From positions 64,001 to 128,000 of the forward strand of contig CAWBZI010000005.1 in assembly GCA_963793265.1 (NCBI GenBank): DNA of 64,000 bases, written 5' to 3'. This DNA is from an uncultured cyanobacterium (lineage in GTDB: Bacteria > Cyanobacteriota > Cyanobacteriia > Phormidesmidales > Phormidesmidaceae). Shown here one piece after another: positions 41,006-49,728 of the stretch; position 1 is the stretch's first letter, and each line of letters starts with the position of its first letter. The notes under the pieces were generated by a model, which searched no databases, was not told where the DNA came from, and saw nothing but the letters and a program-made list of their open reading frames with translations. The position numbers and the translations under genes are program-made.

Positions 41006-42340
41006 ATGAGCAATATGCAATCGCCGCCATCTCCACCACCAAGACCCTCAGCACCCCCTCCACCACCGAGATCCGGCGGCGCAGCTCCCAGACCTGGCGC
41101 AGTTCCTCCCCCACCACCCGGAGCACGACCTGGCGTTCCTGCTCCCCCACCCGGCGCTAGACCAGCGGCTCCGCCTGCATCAGGGCCACAGACAGAGATG
41201 GTTAAGGCAGCACCTGCGGCTCGCGCAGCGGGGCATCGTGCGGCGGCTCCGCCCCCAATGCCAGGCGGGGGTGCCACTAGCGGCCCTTCACTCGAGAAGA
41301 TTATTCGTAAGGCTTTTGACGAAGGCTACTCGGATATTCACGTCGGCGTCGGTGAGGTACCACGCTACCGCAACCGAGGGGAGATTAACGCGACGGACTT
41401 TCCAGTCACGACCGAAGCAGATTTTGAGTCTTGGCTAAAAGAGATTTTGACGCCAGAAGATATTCAGCAGTTCAAAGACACGCTGGATTTTGACGGGGCG
41501 GCGCAGTACGAGTTCTCGCGCGTACGGATCAATATTTTCGTTAGTCTCAACGGCCCTTGCATGGTGATGCGACTGATCCCAGTTGAGATTTTGACGATGC
41601 AGCAGCTAAATCTGCCAGCGGTGATCAAAGACATGTGCCACTATCACAAGGGTTTGATCTTGGTGACGGGGCCTACGGGCTCGGGTAAGTCAACAACGAT
41701 GGCGGCGATGATTGACTACATCAATAAGGAAATGCCGAAGCACATTATTACCATCGAAGACCCGGTGGAATTTGTGCACCAGAGTCGTAAGTCGCTGATT
41801 AAGCAGCGAGAAGTGGGGGTGCATACTAAAAAGTTTAGTAATGCGCTAAAGGCTTCTTTGCGAGAAGATCCTGACATTATTCTAGTTGGAGAAATGCGGG
41901 ATAAGGAGACGATTGAGACGGCGCTGAAGGCTGCTCAAACGGGTCACCTTGTATTTGGAACGCTGCACACTAATAGCGCGGTGAAGACGGTTGAGCGGAT
42001 CTTGGGGATGTATGAGCCAGAGCAGCAGGCACCGGTTAGAGTTGCGATCGCTGAATCTCTCATTGGTGTTGTGGCCCAGGGCCTGTGCCGCACCACCGAC
42101 GGCAAACGCGCTGCCTTCCACGAAATTTTGATCAACACCGACGCGATTAAAGACTACATTTTGCGCGGTCAGCTTGATGAAGTGGAAGCGATTTTGCCGA
42201 ACTGTACCTTCGACGGCATGTGTACGATGAACCAGTCAATATATGGGCTGTACGAAGCCGGTCGGATTACCGAAGAGGTTGCCTTAGAGCAGTCGCCTAA
42301 GCAGAACGAGATGGCGCAGATGCTACGCGGTCGCGTTTAG
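41006..42340 (+). CDS. pilT: Type IV pilus retraction ATPase, PilT2-type with Pro-rich N-terminus
   Basis: GPTGSGKS, TIEDPVE, LREDPD, GTLHT; about 90-aa Pro/Ala-rich extension. Confidence 0.95.
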   Translation: MSNMQSPPSPPPRPSAPPPPPRSGGAAPRPGAVPPPPPGARPGVPAPPPGARPAAPPASGPQTEMVKAAPAARAAGHRAAAPPPMPGGGATSGPSLEKIIRKAFDEGYSDIHVGVGEVPRYRNRGEINATDFPVTTEADFESWLKEILTPEDIQQFKDTLDFDGAAQYEFSRVRINIFVSLNGPCMVMRLIPVEILTMQQLNLPAVIKDMCHYHKGLILVTGPTGSGKSTTMAAMIDYINKEMPKHIITIEDPVEFVHQSRKSLIKQREVGVHTKKFSNALKASLREDPDIILVGEMRDKETIETALKAAQTGHLVFGTLHTNSAVKTVERILGMYEPEQQAPVRVAIAESLIGVVAQGLCRTTDGKRAAFHEILINTDAIKDYILRGQLDEVEAILPNCTFDGMCTMNQSIYGLYEAGRITEEVALEQSPKQNEMAQMLRGRV

Positions 42341-42372
42341 CTTTAGTCAAGCATCCTTTTTCCTAAAAAAGC

Positions 42373-42402
42373 AAAAGCTCTCTGAAACTCAGAGAGCTTT
42401 TT
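42373..42402. terminator. Bidirectional terminator
   Basis: AAAAGCTCTCTGA-aac-TCAGAGAGCTTTT. Confidence 0.85.
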
Positions 42403-42406
42403 GAGT

Positions 42407-42694
42407 TTAAACCAGCTCTAGCTTTCTTAATTCTTCATGCGTAGATACCTGTTCTGCTTGCCAGAGATCGTAGTTCATTTGCATTTGTAGCCAGCTTTGC
42501 GGAGAGCGCCCCAGCACCTTAGACAACCGAATTGCCATATCCGGCGTTATTCTATTCTGCTCCGCAATCAATCTAGAAAATGTTGAAGGCGATACGTTCA
42601 GATGTGCAGCAACTTGTCTAGCACTAATATCAAACGGCTCTATATAAGTACGGCGAATAAACTTACCAGGATGGGGAGGGTTAAATTGTCTCAT
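42407..42694 (-). CDS. higA: HigA-family antitoxin
   Basis: PPHPG, HTH, ITPDMAIRL, WLQMQMNYDLW. Confidence 0.92.
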   Translation of the reverse strand: MRQFNPPHPGKFIRRTYIEPFDISARQVAAHLNVSPSTFSRLIAEQNRITPDMAIRLSKVLGRSPQSWLQMQMNYDLWQAEQVSTHEELRKLELV

Positions 42695-42778
42695 TCAGTG
42701 ATAATCCTCATAGTCTAAAACGTATATATCACCCTCTCTAAATTCAAAAGTTAGCCTCCAGTTGCCGCTGATCTTGAT
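42695..42778 (-). pseudogene. higB: 3' remnant of HigB toxin gene
   Basis: IKISGNWRLTFEFREGDIYVLDYEDYH*; stop abuts the higA ATG; no HigB N-terminus upstream. Confidence 0.85.
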
Positions 42779-43079
42779 TGGCGATCGCAGTATCGATCTC
42801 CTCTGAATAATCACGATAGTAGGCCCAAGCCGCATCTAAATCGGATTGGGTAAGGCCAGGGTAGTTGCGCAAAAGCTCATCGCTATCTGCACCTTGCTGA
42901 CGGAACGAAACTAATGTCCAAACAGGGATGCGCGTATTACGAATTCGAGCATCTCCCCCACATACCCCCGGTGTTTTCTGTATGGGCTTATCTTGAAGCT
43001 CACTCAGCAGAAGCGTACTTTCTTCCTCACTAAGAGATTCAATGACCTGTACAAGAGAATCAACCAACTGAGTGTTCAT
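42744..43079 (-). CDS. DUF433 domain protein (putative antitoxin)
   Basis: PGVCGGDARIRNTRIPVW...YPGL...AAWAYY. Confidence 0.9.
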   Translation of the reverse strand: MNTQLVDSLVQVIESLSEEESTLLLSELQDKPIQKTPGVCGGDARIRNTRIPVWTLVSFRQQGADSDELLRNYPGLTQSDLDAAWAYYRDYSEEIDTAIANQDQRQLEANF

Positions 43080-43182
43080 GAATGTTACGAGATTGGCTAA
43101 TGATTCGCCTCTACATACTGATTATTATAGGGTTTGCTTTCCCTTAAAGTTAGGTGTCGCGCATAGAAATGTGCTACCGAAG

Positions 43183-44145
43183 CTAAGCCGTTTTTTCGAG
43201 CTGCGATCGCCATTCTTTTACGACTGTTTCTAGTTGAGCAGGTAGCCAGGCATCGTACCTTTCATAAACAGGAAGTCGCCGTTGCAATACCCCTGACTCG
43301 GTTTGTAAGATTTCAGTCATATCTTTTTCGGAGCGGTGGACGTAATTAGGATTTACTTCGTCAATAGGGCCGATGCCGCCAAGGTCACGAGCACCTGCGG
43401 CAATACAGTTTATAAGGGCATTGTCTGAGCGGATGAGATTGGGTGGAATTTGGATGGTGATATCGGCAGGGAGAATTTTGTGGGCGAGTTGAACAGCTTG
43501 AAGTAGCGTTTCACCGTGGCAGGGCGATCGCACCTCCATTTGAGTCTCACCCGGCTGATGCGGCTGCAAAATCACTTCTTGAATATGCTGATATTGAGCG
43601 TGAGACTGGGCGATCGCCGCCAAACTATCCACCCAATCATCAACAGTCTCCCCCAATCCCAACAGCATCCCCGTCGTAAACGGAACCTTCAGCTTCCCGG
43701 CAAACTCAAGCTGCTGCAATCGCACTTCAGGCAGCTTGCTGGGCGCACGGACATGAACCGTCTTCAATAGCTCCGGCGTCACCTGCTCTACCATCAACCC
43801 CATCGACACATTCACCTGCTTGAGCTGAGCCATTTCCTCATAGCTCAGCGGCCCCACATTCGTATGCGGCAAAAACCCCTTTTCTAGCGCCAGTTCGCAG
43901 AGCTGATAAATCCGCTGAAACCAGGCTGAGCGCCTTGCACTCCGCGGATGCACTTCGCCGCTGAGAATCAAAATTTCAATAACTTCATCGCGCGGTAGGC
44001 CGTCTAGAATTTTACTAGCAGCGGCCAGGCTCATCCACTCATCTTTACCAGGATCGCGGCGAAAGTTGCAGTAGGTACAGCGGTTAAAGCATTCGTAGGT
44101 CGGCACGAGGGTGTAGGCCGGAGAGTAGGTGACGGTGCGATTCAT
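43183..44145 (-). CDS. cofG: FO synthase subunit CofG (radical SAM)
   Basis: TYSPAYTLVPTYECFNRCTYCNF, PHTN, PFTTG, QIPPNL, DLGG. Confidence 0.92.
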   Translation of the reverse strand: MNRTVTYSPAYTLVPTYECFNRCTYCNFRRDPGKDEWMSLAAASKILDGLPRDEVIEILILSGEVHPRSARRSAWFQRIYQLCELALEKGFLPHTNVGPLSYEEMAQLKQVNVSMGLMVEQVTPELLKTVHVRAPSKLPEVRLQQLEFAGKLKVPFTTGMLLGLGETVDDWVDSLAAIAQSHAQYQHIQEVILQPHQPGETQMEVRSPCHGETLLQAVQLAHKILPADITIQIPPNLIRSDNALINCIAAGARDLGGIGPIDEVNPNYVHRSEKDMTEILQTESGVLQRRLPVYERYDAWLPAQLETVVKEWRSQLEKTA

Positions 44146-44252
44146 ATCTATTATTGTAGTATCGTTATCAACCGGCTCAACTAGGGCAGAATAGTAGTGG
44201 TAAGATAGCTCTGGCTTCTCTTTTGTTAACACTCCATGGCAGGGCAAATCTG

Positions 44253-45615
44253 TTGAAAACCACCGTTATTATTGTCCGTCACGGTCAGAGCACTTCTAAT
44301 ATTAGCCGCATTATCTCCGGGCATCACGACAATGCGACGCTCACTGAGCAGGTCAGCAGCAGGCGCACAGAGTTGGCGAAACGCTAGAGGGCCTGGCCTT
44401 AGATGCGGTGTATGCAAGTCCCACTGACAAGGGCTCAGCAGACCTGTCGAGATTATCGTTGAGACGATGAGCGCCAAAGGGGCTACTTTGCCTGAGATTC
44501 AAAGCACCGAAGAGATTAAAGAAATCAATCTGCCGCTGTGGGAGTCTAAATCCTTTGCAGACGTTGAAGCAGACTATCCGATTGAGTACACGGCCTGGCG
44601 GCAAGATCCGAACGCCTTCAAAATGGCGGTTCCTAATGCTGACGGGACCACCACTGACTTTTACCCGGTGCGCGAAATTTGGGAGCGGGCTGCTAAGTTT
44701 TGGCCTCGCCTGCTTAAAAAACACGCTGGGCAAACGGTTTTACTTGTTGCTCATAGCGCTATCAATCGCGCCCTTGTCGGCACAGCGATTGGTCTTGGCC
44801 CCGACAAGCTCAACAGCATGGGCCAGCAGAACTGTGCGATTAATGTGCTCAACTTTTTGGGCGAATTTGAAGGCGGTGCGCAGCTAGAGTCTTTGAACCT
44901 AACGAGTCATTTGGGCGATCCGATTCCGCCCCGTCGCAGCCGGTTTAAGGGGCCGCGTTTGCTGCTAGTGCGTCATGGCGAAACAAACTGGAACCGCGAT
45001 GGGCGCTTTCAAGGACAGATTGATATTCCGCTCAATGAGAATGGGCACAAGCAGGCGGCACAGGCAGGTGAGTTTTTGAAAGCGGTAGAGATTGACGAGG
45101 CAGTGACTTCATCTATGCTGCGGCCTAAAGAAACCGCAGAAGGCATTTTGAAGCATCATGCCGACGTGGCGCTGAAGACTACGGAGGATTTGTGGGAGAT
45201 TAGCCATGGGGAATGGGAAGGCAAGCTAGAGTCGGAGATTGAGGCGGGCTATCCGGGCCTTTTGGCTGAGTGGCAGAGCAAGCCGGAAGCTGTGCAGATG
45301 CCGGGCGGCGAGAATTTGGATGATGTGTATGGCAGAGCGAAGAAGGGGTGGGGGGATATTGTGGCGGCCTATAGCGGCTCGGATACGCCTAAGACCGTGC
45401 TGGTAGTGGCTCATGACGCGATTAACAAGGCGATTTTGTGTCAGGTGTTGGGGCTAGGGCCGGAGAAGTTCTGGCAGTTTAAGCAGGGCAACGGCGCGGT
45501 GAGCGTGATTGACTATATGGGCGGGCCAGATAGTGCGGCGATGCTGAGCGCGGCGAATATTACGACGCACTTATCGGGCAGCATTTTTGATAAAACGGCT
45601 GCTGGGGCGCTGTAG
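44253..45615 (+). CDS. Tandem-domain histidine phosphatase (PGM family) with three 5' frameshifts
   Basis: TTG at 44253 gives MKTTVIIVRHGQS; continuity needs shifts near 44351, 44421 and 44448; second domain has RHGETNWN. Confidence 0.85.
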
Positions 45616-45621
45616 GCTCAT

Positions 45622-47014
45622 ATGTCAGGATCTATGGCAGACTCTACGGCAACCCCTGCGGCCAGTTTGATTAAACAGGTCTATGTGATTGACTTGGCAT
45701 CGGCTGAAGATGCTTACGCTTTGGGCCGTGAGCATATTGGTGATGTACTGATTGAAGATGGGCGGATTGCAGCGATCGCCCCTCACCTCACCGATCTACC
45801 TGAAGGCACTGAAGTCATAGACGGGCGCGGTCAATTCTTGGGGCCAGGACTGGTTGATCTGTATAGCCAAAGTGGAGAGCCCGGTCATGAAGCGCGCGAG
45901 ACGTATGAGTCTTTGAGAAGCGCGGCAGCAGCAGGTGGATTTACACGGGTAGGGCTGCTGCCGAACACGCAGCCTGCTGTAGATAATGTGAGCGCGATCG
46001 CCGCCATCCAACAGCGCAACCAACAGCGCAACGCCGCCAGTCAAACCCAGCTCTTACCTTGGGCTACCATTACCCTCAACGGAGAAGGCGAGCAGCTTAC
46101 CGAACTAGCCGAGCTAGCCGTAGCCGGGGCAATTGGTTTTACAGACAGTGAGCCGCTGGCCAATCTGGTCTTACTGAGGCGGTTGCTGGAATATGCTCAG
46201 CCGCTGCAAAAGCCGATTGCGCTATGGCCTTACGATCACCAGCTAGCAGGCAAAGGCGTGGCCAGAGAAGGGGTAGATTCTTTGCGTTTGGGGCTTGAGG
46301 GGGTGAGTGCGATCGCTGAAACCACAGCCCTTTCTACCATCCTAGAATGCGTAGCCGAATTTCCGGCGCTCGTGCACATTATGCGCGTCTCCACCGCTCG
46401 CAGCGTAGACCTTTTGCGTCAGGCTAAAGCCCAAGAACTTCCAGTTAGCGCCAGCGTGCCTTGGCACCATCTCATTTTTGATACGTGCGATCTCGATCGG
46501 TACGACCCGCAGCTAAGGCACGATCCGCCTCTAGGAAAACCCGCCGATCGGCAGGCGCTGATTGAGGGAGTTGCCGATGGAACGATTGATGCGATCGCTA
46601 TCGATCACAGCCCCTACACATACGAAGAAAAAACCGTTGCCTTCGACAAAGCCCCACCCGGCGCGATTGGCTTAGAACTTGCCTTACCCGTACTGTGGCA
46701 AACCTTCGTGGCCGACTATCACCAAGCTTCTGATCAATCCAAGGCTTCGGAGACAGTCTTCGGAACAGTCTCTGGGACACTGGAGCCCTGAACAGCTATG
46801 GCAAACCCTCAGCCACAACCCAGCCCAATGCTTAGGACTCACGCCTGCTCGTCTAAAAGTTGGAGAACCGGCTGAACTAACCCTGTTTGACCCTCGCATT
46901 GGCTGGCAGGTGAAGCCTGAAAATCTTCATTCACTCGCCATCAATACGCCCTGGCAAAACCAGCCACTCAAAGGAAGAGTCATCGCAACTTGGACGAATT
47001 ATCACAAGCGCTAG
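45622..47014 (+). CDS. Dihydroorotase-like protein (PyrC'-type, HxH lost), frameshift near 46752
   Basis: DLYSQSGEPG in place of DxHxH; PPL, IDHSP; C-terminus NPA..LGL...NTPW lies in the next frame. Confidence 0.8.
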
Positions 47015-47580
47015 TAGTCCAGTCCACCCACTCGACTAGGGGGCCAAAAGCGCACTGCGGCCTTACCGATAATGCTCTCGCCCGGCAAAAAGCCCCATAC
47101 GTGACTATCCAAGCTGCCGTTGCGATTATCACCAAGCACTAAATATTGATCTTCAGGCACCACTTCAGGCCCCCAAGTGTAGTCAGGCGGTGCTTTGGTA
47201 TAGCCTTCTCGAATGGCCCTATCGTTAATAATCACCTTGCCGTCTTTGATCTCTACCGTCTCTCCGGGTAGGCCAATCACGCGCTTGAGATAGGCATCAT
47301 TCGTTGCTGCCCCCGAAATCACCAGCGCCTCTTCGGGAGCCTGAAACACAATAATGTCACCCCGCTGAGGTGACTGGAATAAATAGCTTATCTTTTCAAT
47401 CACTAGCCGGTCATTAATCTGTACCGTAGGCTCCATCGAGCCAGTGGGCACCACCCGAGCTTCAGCCACAAACTGCCGCATTCCTAGCGCGAGCACAATG
47501 CTCAGGCCCATCGTCTGTAAAACCTCAACCGCAAAACTAGGCTGCTTTTCCGTCTGCTTTCCTGTCTGCTTCTTGGGCAT
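47011..47580 (-). CDS. lepB: Signal peptidase I
   Basis: GSMEPT, YLKRVIG, GDNRNGSLDS. Confidence 0.95.
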   Translation of the reverse strand: MPKKQTGKQTEKQPSFAVEVLQTMGLSIVLALGMRQFVAEARVVPTGSMEPTVQINDRLVIEKISYLFQSPQRGDIIVFQAPEEALVISGAATNDAYLKRVIGLPGETVEIKDGKVIINDRAIREGYTKAPPDYTWGPEVVPEDQYLVLGDNRNGSLDSHVWGFLPGESIIGKAAVRFWPPSRVGGLDY

Positions 47581-47698
47581 GGCAATTCTAAGCTTAACTG
47601 CATGGGCCTAGCCTATCGTTACGATAGCCTTAGCGTACAGCGCACTTGTGACAATCTCTCCTAATCGCTAAAAGCGGCTTTTAAGCGCTAGCTTGTGA

Positions 47699-48250
47699 TT
47701 AATCTAAGCCACCGATTCTAGTCGGGGGCCAAAAGCGCACGACCGCGCGGCCAATAATGCTTTCTTCTGGCAAAAAGCCCCATACGTGACCGTCAGAGCT
47801 GCTATTGCGATTGTCCCCAAGTACTAAGTACTGACCTTCAGGCACCACTTCTGGGCCCCACTGGTAATCAGGAGGAGCCTGAATATAGTTCTCTTGAAGC
47901 ACTTTATCGTCAATAAATACTTTGCCGTCTTTGACCTGAACCTTTTCACCCGGCAGACCAATTACCCGCTTAATATAGGCATCGTGGCTGGTTGAGCCCA
48001 CAGCGTCTAAGGCTCTTTGGGGTGCTTGAAAAACGATGATGTCGCTGCGCTTGGGCGGATTGAAGCGATAGCTGATTTTCTCGACGACGAGGCGATCGTC
48101 GATCTGCAGCGTGGGCTCCATAGAGCCGGAGGGAATAAACCTAGCTTCAGCGACAAACTGGCGGATACCAAGTGCTAATACGATGCTGAGGCCAATGGTT
48201 TGTAGCCCTTCGATCCACGGATTTTGTTGCTTGTCAGACACGGCTTTCAA
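47699..48250 (-). CDS. lepB: Signal peptidase I (tandem paralogue)
   Basis: GSMEPT, YIKRVIG, GDNRNSSSD. Confidence 0.95.
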   Translation of the reverse strand: MKAVSDKQQNPWIEGLQTIGLSIVLALGIRQFVAEARFIPSGSMEPTLQIDDRLVVEKISYRFNPPKRSDIIVFQAPQRALDAVGSTSHDAYIKRVIGLPGEKVQVKDGKVFIDDKVLQENYIQAPPDYQWGPEVVPEGQYLVLGDNRNSSSDGHVWGFLPEESIIGRAVVRFWPPTRIGGLD

Positions 48251-48382
48251 AGGTTCCCGAAGGAGGTCAAGAGGGATGGGTGAGCGGTCAAAGAATGTAA
48301 ACCAGACGGTGGCGTGTAGCTTAGCGCGTACTAAGATTACGATGTCTTTGGTAGCTTAATGGCTAATGGGCTCAATCATAAT

Positions 48383-49714
48383 ATGACAGATTCTTCGCAA
48401 ACCGTTCCGCCAGTGATTATTCAAGGGGCCGAGGTGCTGCTGCCCAGCGGGGAGATTGCGGCCAGAGAAGTGGCGATCGCAGACGGTAAAATCACAGCCG
48501 TCGGTACGGGTCTAGAGGTGACAGCAGGCACTCGTACTATCGACGGCGCAGGGTTGACCTTGCTGCCGGGGGTGATCGATCCGCAGGTTCATTTTCGCGA
48601 TCCGGGGCTAGAGCATAAGGAGGATTTGTTCACAGCAAGCCGCGCCTGTGCCAGAGGCGGGGTGACCTCTTTTTTAGAGATGCCCAATACGCTGCCGCTC
48701 ACAACAACTCAAGCTATTTTGACAGATAAGTTAGCCATTGCGGCCTCTAAAAGCCTAGTGAACTACGGCTTTTTTATTGGTGCAACTGCCGAGAACCTGG
48801 ATGACTTACGAACGGCAAATCCCACCTGTGGCATCAAGATTTTCATGGGTTCTGCTCACGGCCCTTTATCAGTCGATACGCCAGAGACAATTGAGCCGAT
48901 TTTTGCAGTGGGCGATCGCCTCATCGCCGTCCATGCCGAAGATCAGGCGCGCATTATGGAGCGCCGTAAGCTATTTGCAGGTGAAACTGATCCGGCCACG
49001 CACACCAAAGTGCAAGACAATGAAACCGCTTTGAACGCAACCAAGCTGGCGCTCAGCTTTTCTAAAAAGTACAAAAGGCGGCTGCATATTTTGCATATGT
49101 CTACCGGCGACGAGGCAGAGCTGCTCAGACGCGATAAGCCGAGCTGGGTAACGGCTGAAGTGACCCCGCAGCATTTGCTATTAGACGTGAGCGCCTATGA
49201 GAAGATTGGCACTTTGGCGCAAATGAACCCGCCGCTGAAGTATCCGCGCGATCGCGAAATTCTCTGGCAGGCATTGCTAGACGGCACCATCGACTTTATC
49301 GCTACCGATCATGCCCCGCACACCCTCGAAGAAAAAGCCAAAGGCTATCCAAACGCCCCGTCAGGAATGCCCGGTGTAGAAACATCTTTGCCGCTGATGC
49401 TGACGCAGGCCAAGGAAAACCGCTGCACGGTCGCTCAGGTTTCTAACTGGATGTCTACAGCGGTGGCGAAGGCATACAACATTCCGAATAAAGGCGTCAT
49501 TGCCCCTGGCTACGATGCCGATGTTGTTTTAGTCGATCTATCGACCTATCGCCCGGTACTGCGCGAGGAGCTGCAAACAAAGTGCGGCTGGAGCCCGTTT
49601 GAAGGGTGGCGGCTGACGGGTTGGCCGGTAGTTACGTTAGTCGGCGGGCAGGTCGTGTACAATCGCGGCGAAATTGACACAGAGGTGCGCGGGCAGGCGC
49701 TACGGTTCGGTTGA
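48383..49714 (+). CDS. pyrC: Dihydroorotase (multifunctional-complex type)
   Basis: DPQVHFRDPG, EMPNT, KIFMG, VHAE, MNPPL, TDHAPH. Confidence 0.88.
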   Translation: MTDSSQTVPPVIIQGAEVLLPSGEIAAREVAIADGKITAVGTGLEVTAGTRTIDGAGLTLLPGVIDPQVHFRDPGLEHKEDLFTASRACARGGVTSFLEMPNTLPLTTTQAILTDKLAIAASKSLVNYGFFIGATAENLDDLRTANPTCGIKIFMGSAHGPLSVDTPETIEPIFAVGDRLIAVHAEDQARIMERRKLFAGETDPATHTKVQDNETALNATKLALSFSKKYKRRLHILHMSTGDEAELLRRDKPSWVTAEVTPQHLLLDVSAYEKIGTLAQMNPPLKYPRDREILWQALLDGTIDFIATDHAPHTLEEKAKGYPNAPSGMPGVETSLPLMLTQAKENRCTVAQVSNWMSTAVAKAYNIPNKGVIAPGYDADVVLVDLSTYRPVLREELQTKCGWSPFEGWRLTGWPVVTLVGGQVVYNRGEIDTEVRGQALRFG

Positions 49715-49728
49715 TCCGCGTGGCAGGG

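Noticed and set aside
41020..41280. Pro-rich repeats as a mobile or array-like repeat
   Set aside because: They encode the known Pro-rich N-terminus of PilT2-type proteins
42695..42835. In-frame ATG at 42835 giving a 46-aa mini-HigB
   Set aside because: The N-terminal part is just the alternate frame of the DUF433 gene; most of the RelE fold is missing
46740..46791. Programmed ribosomal frameshifting in the pyrC-like gene, also considered for the flippase and UPF0016 genes
   Set aside because: No slippery heptamer or stimulatory structure seen; several scattered single-base indels point to assembly error
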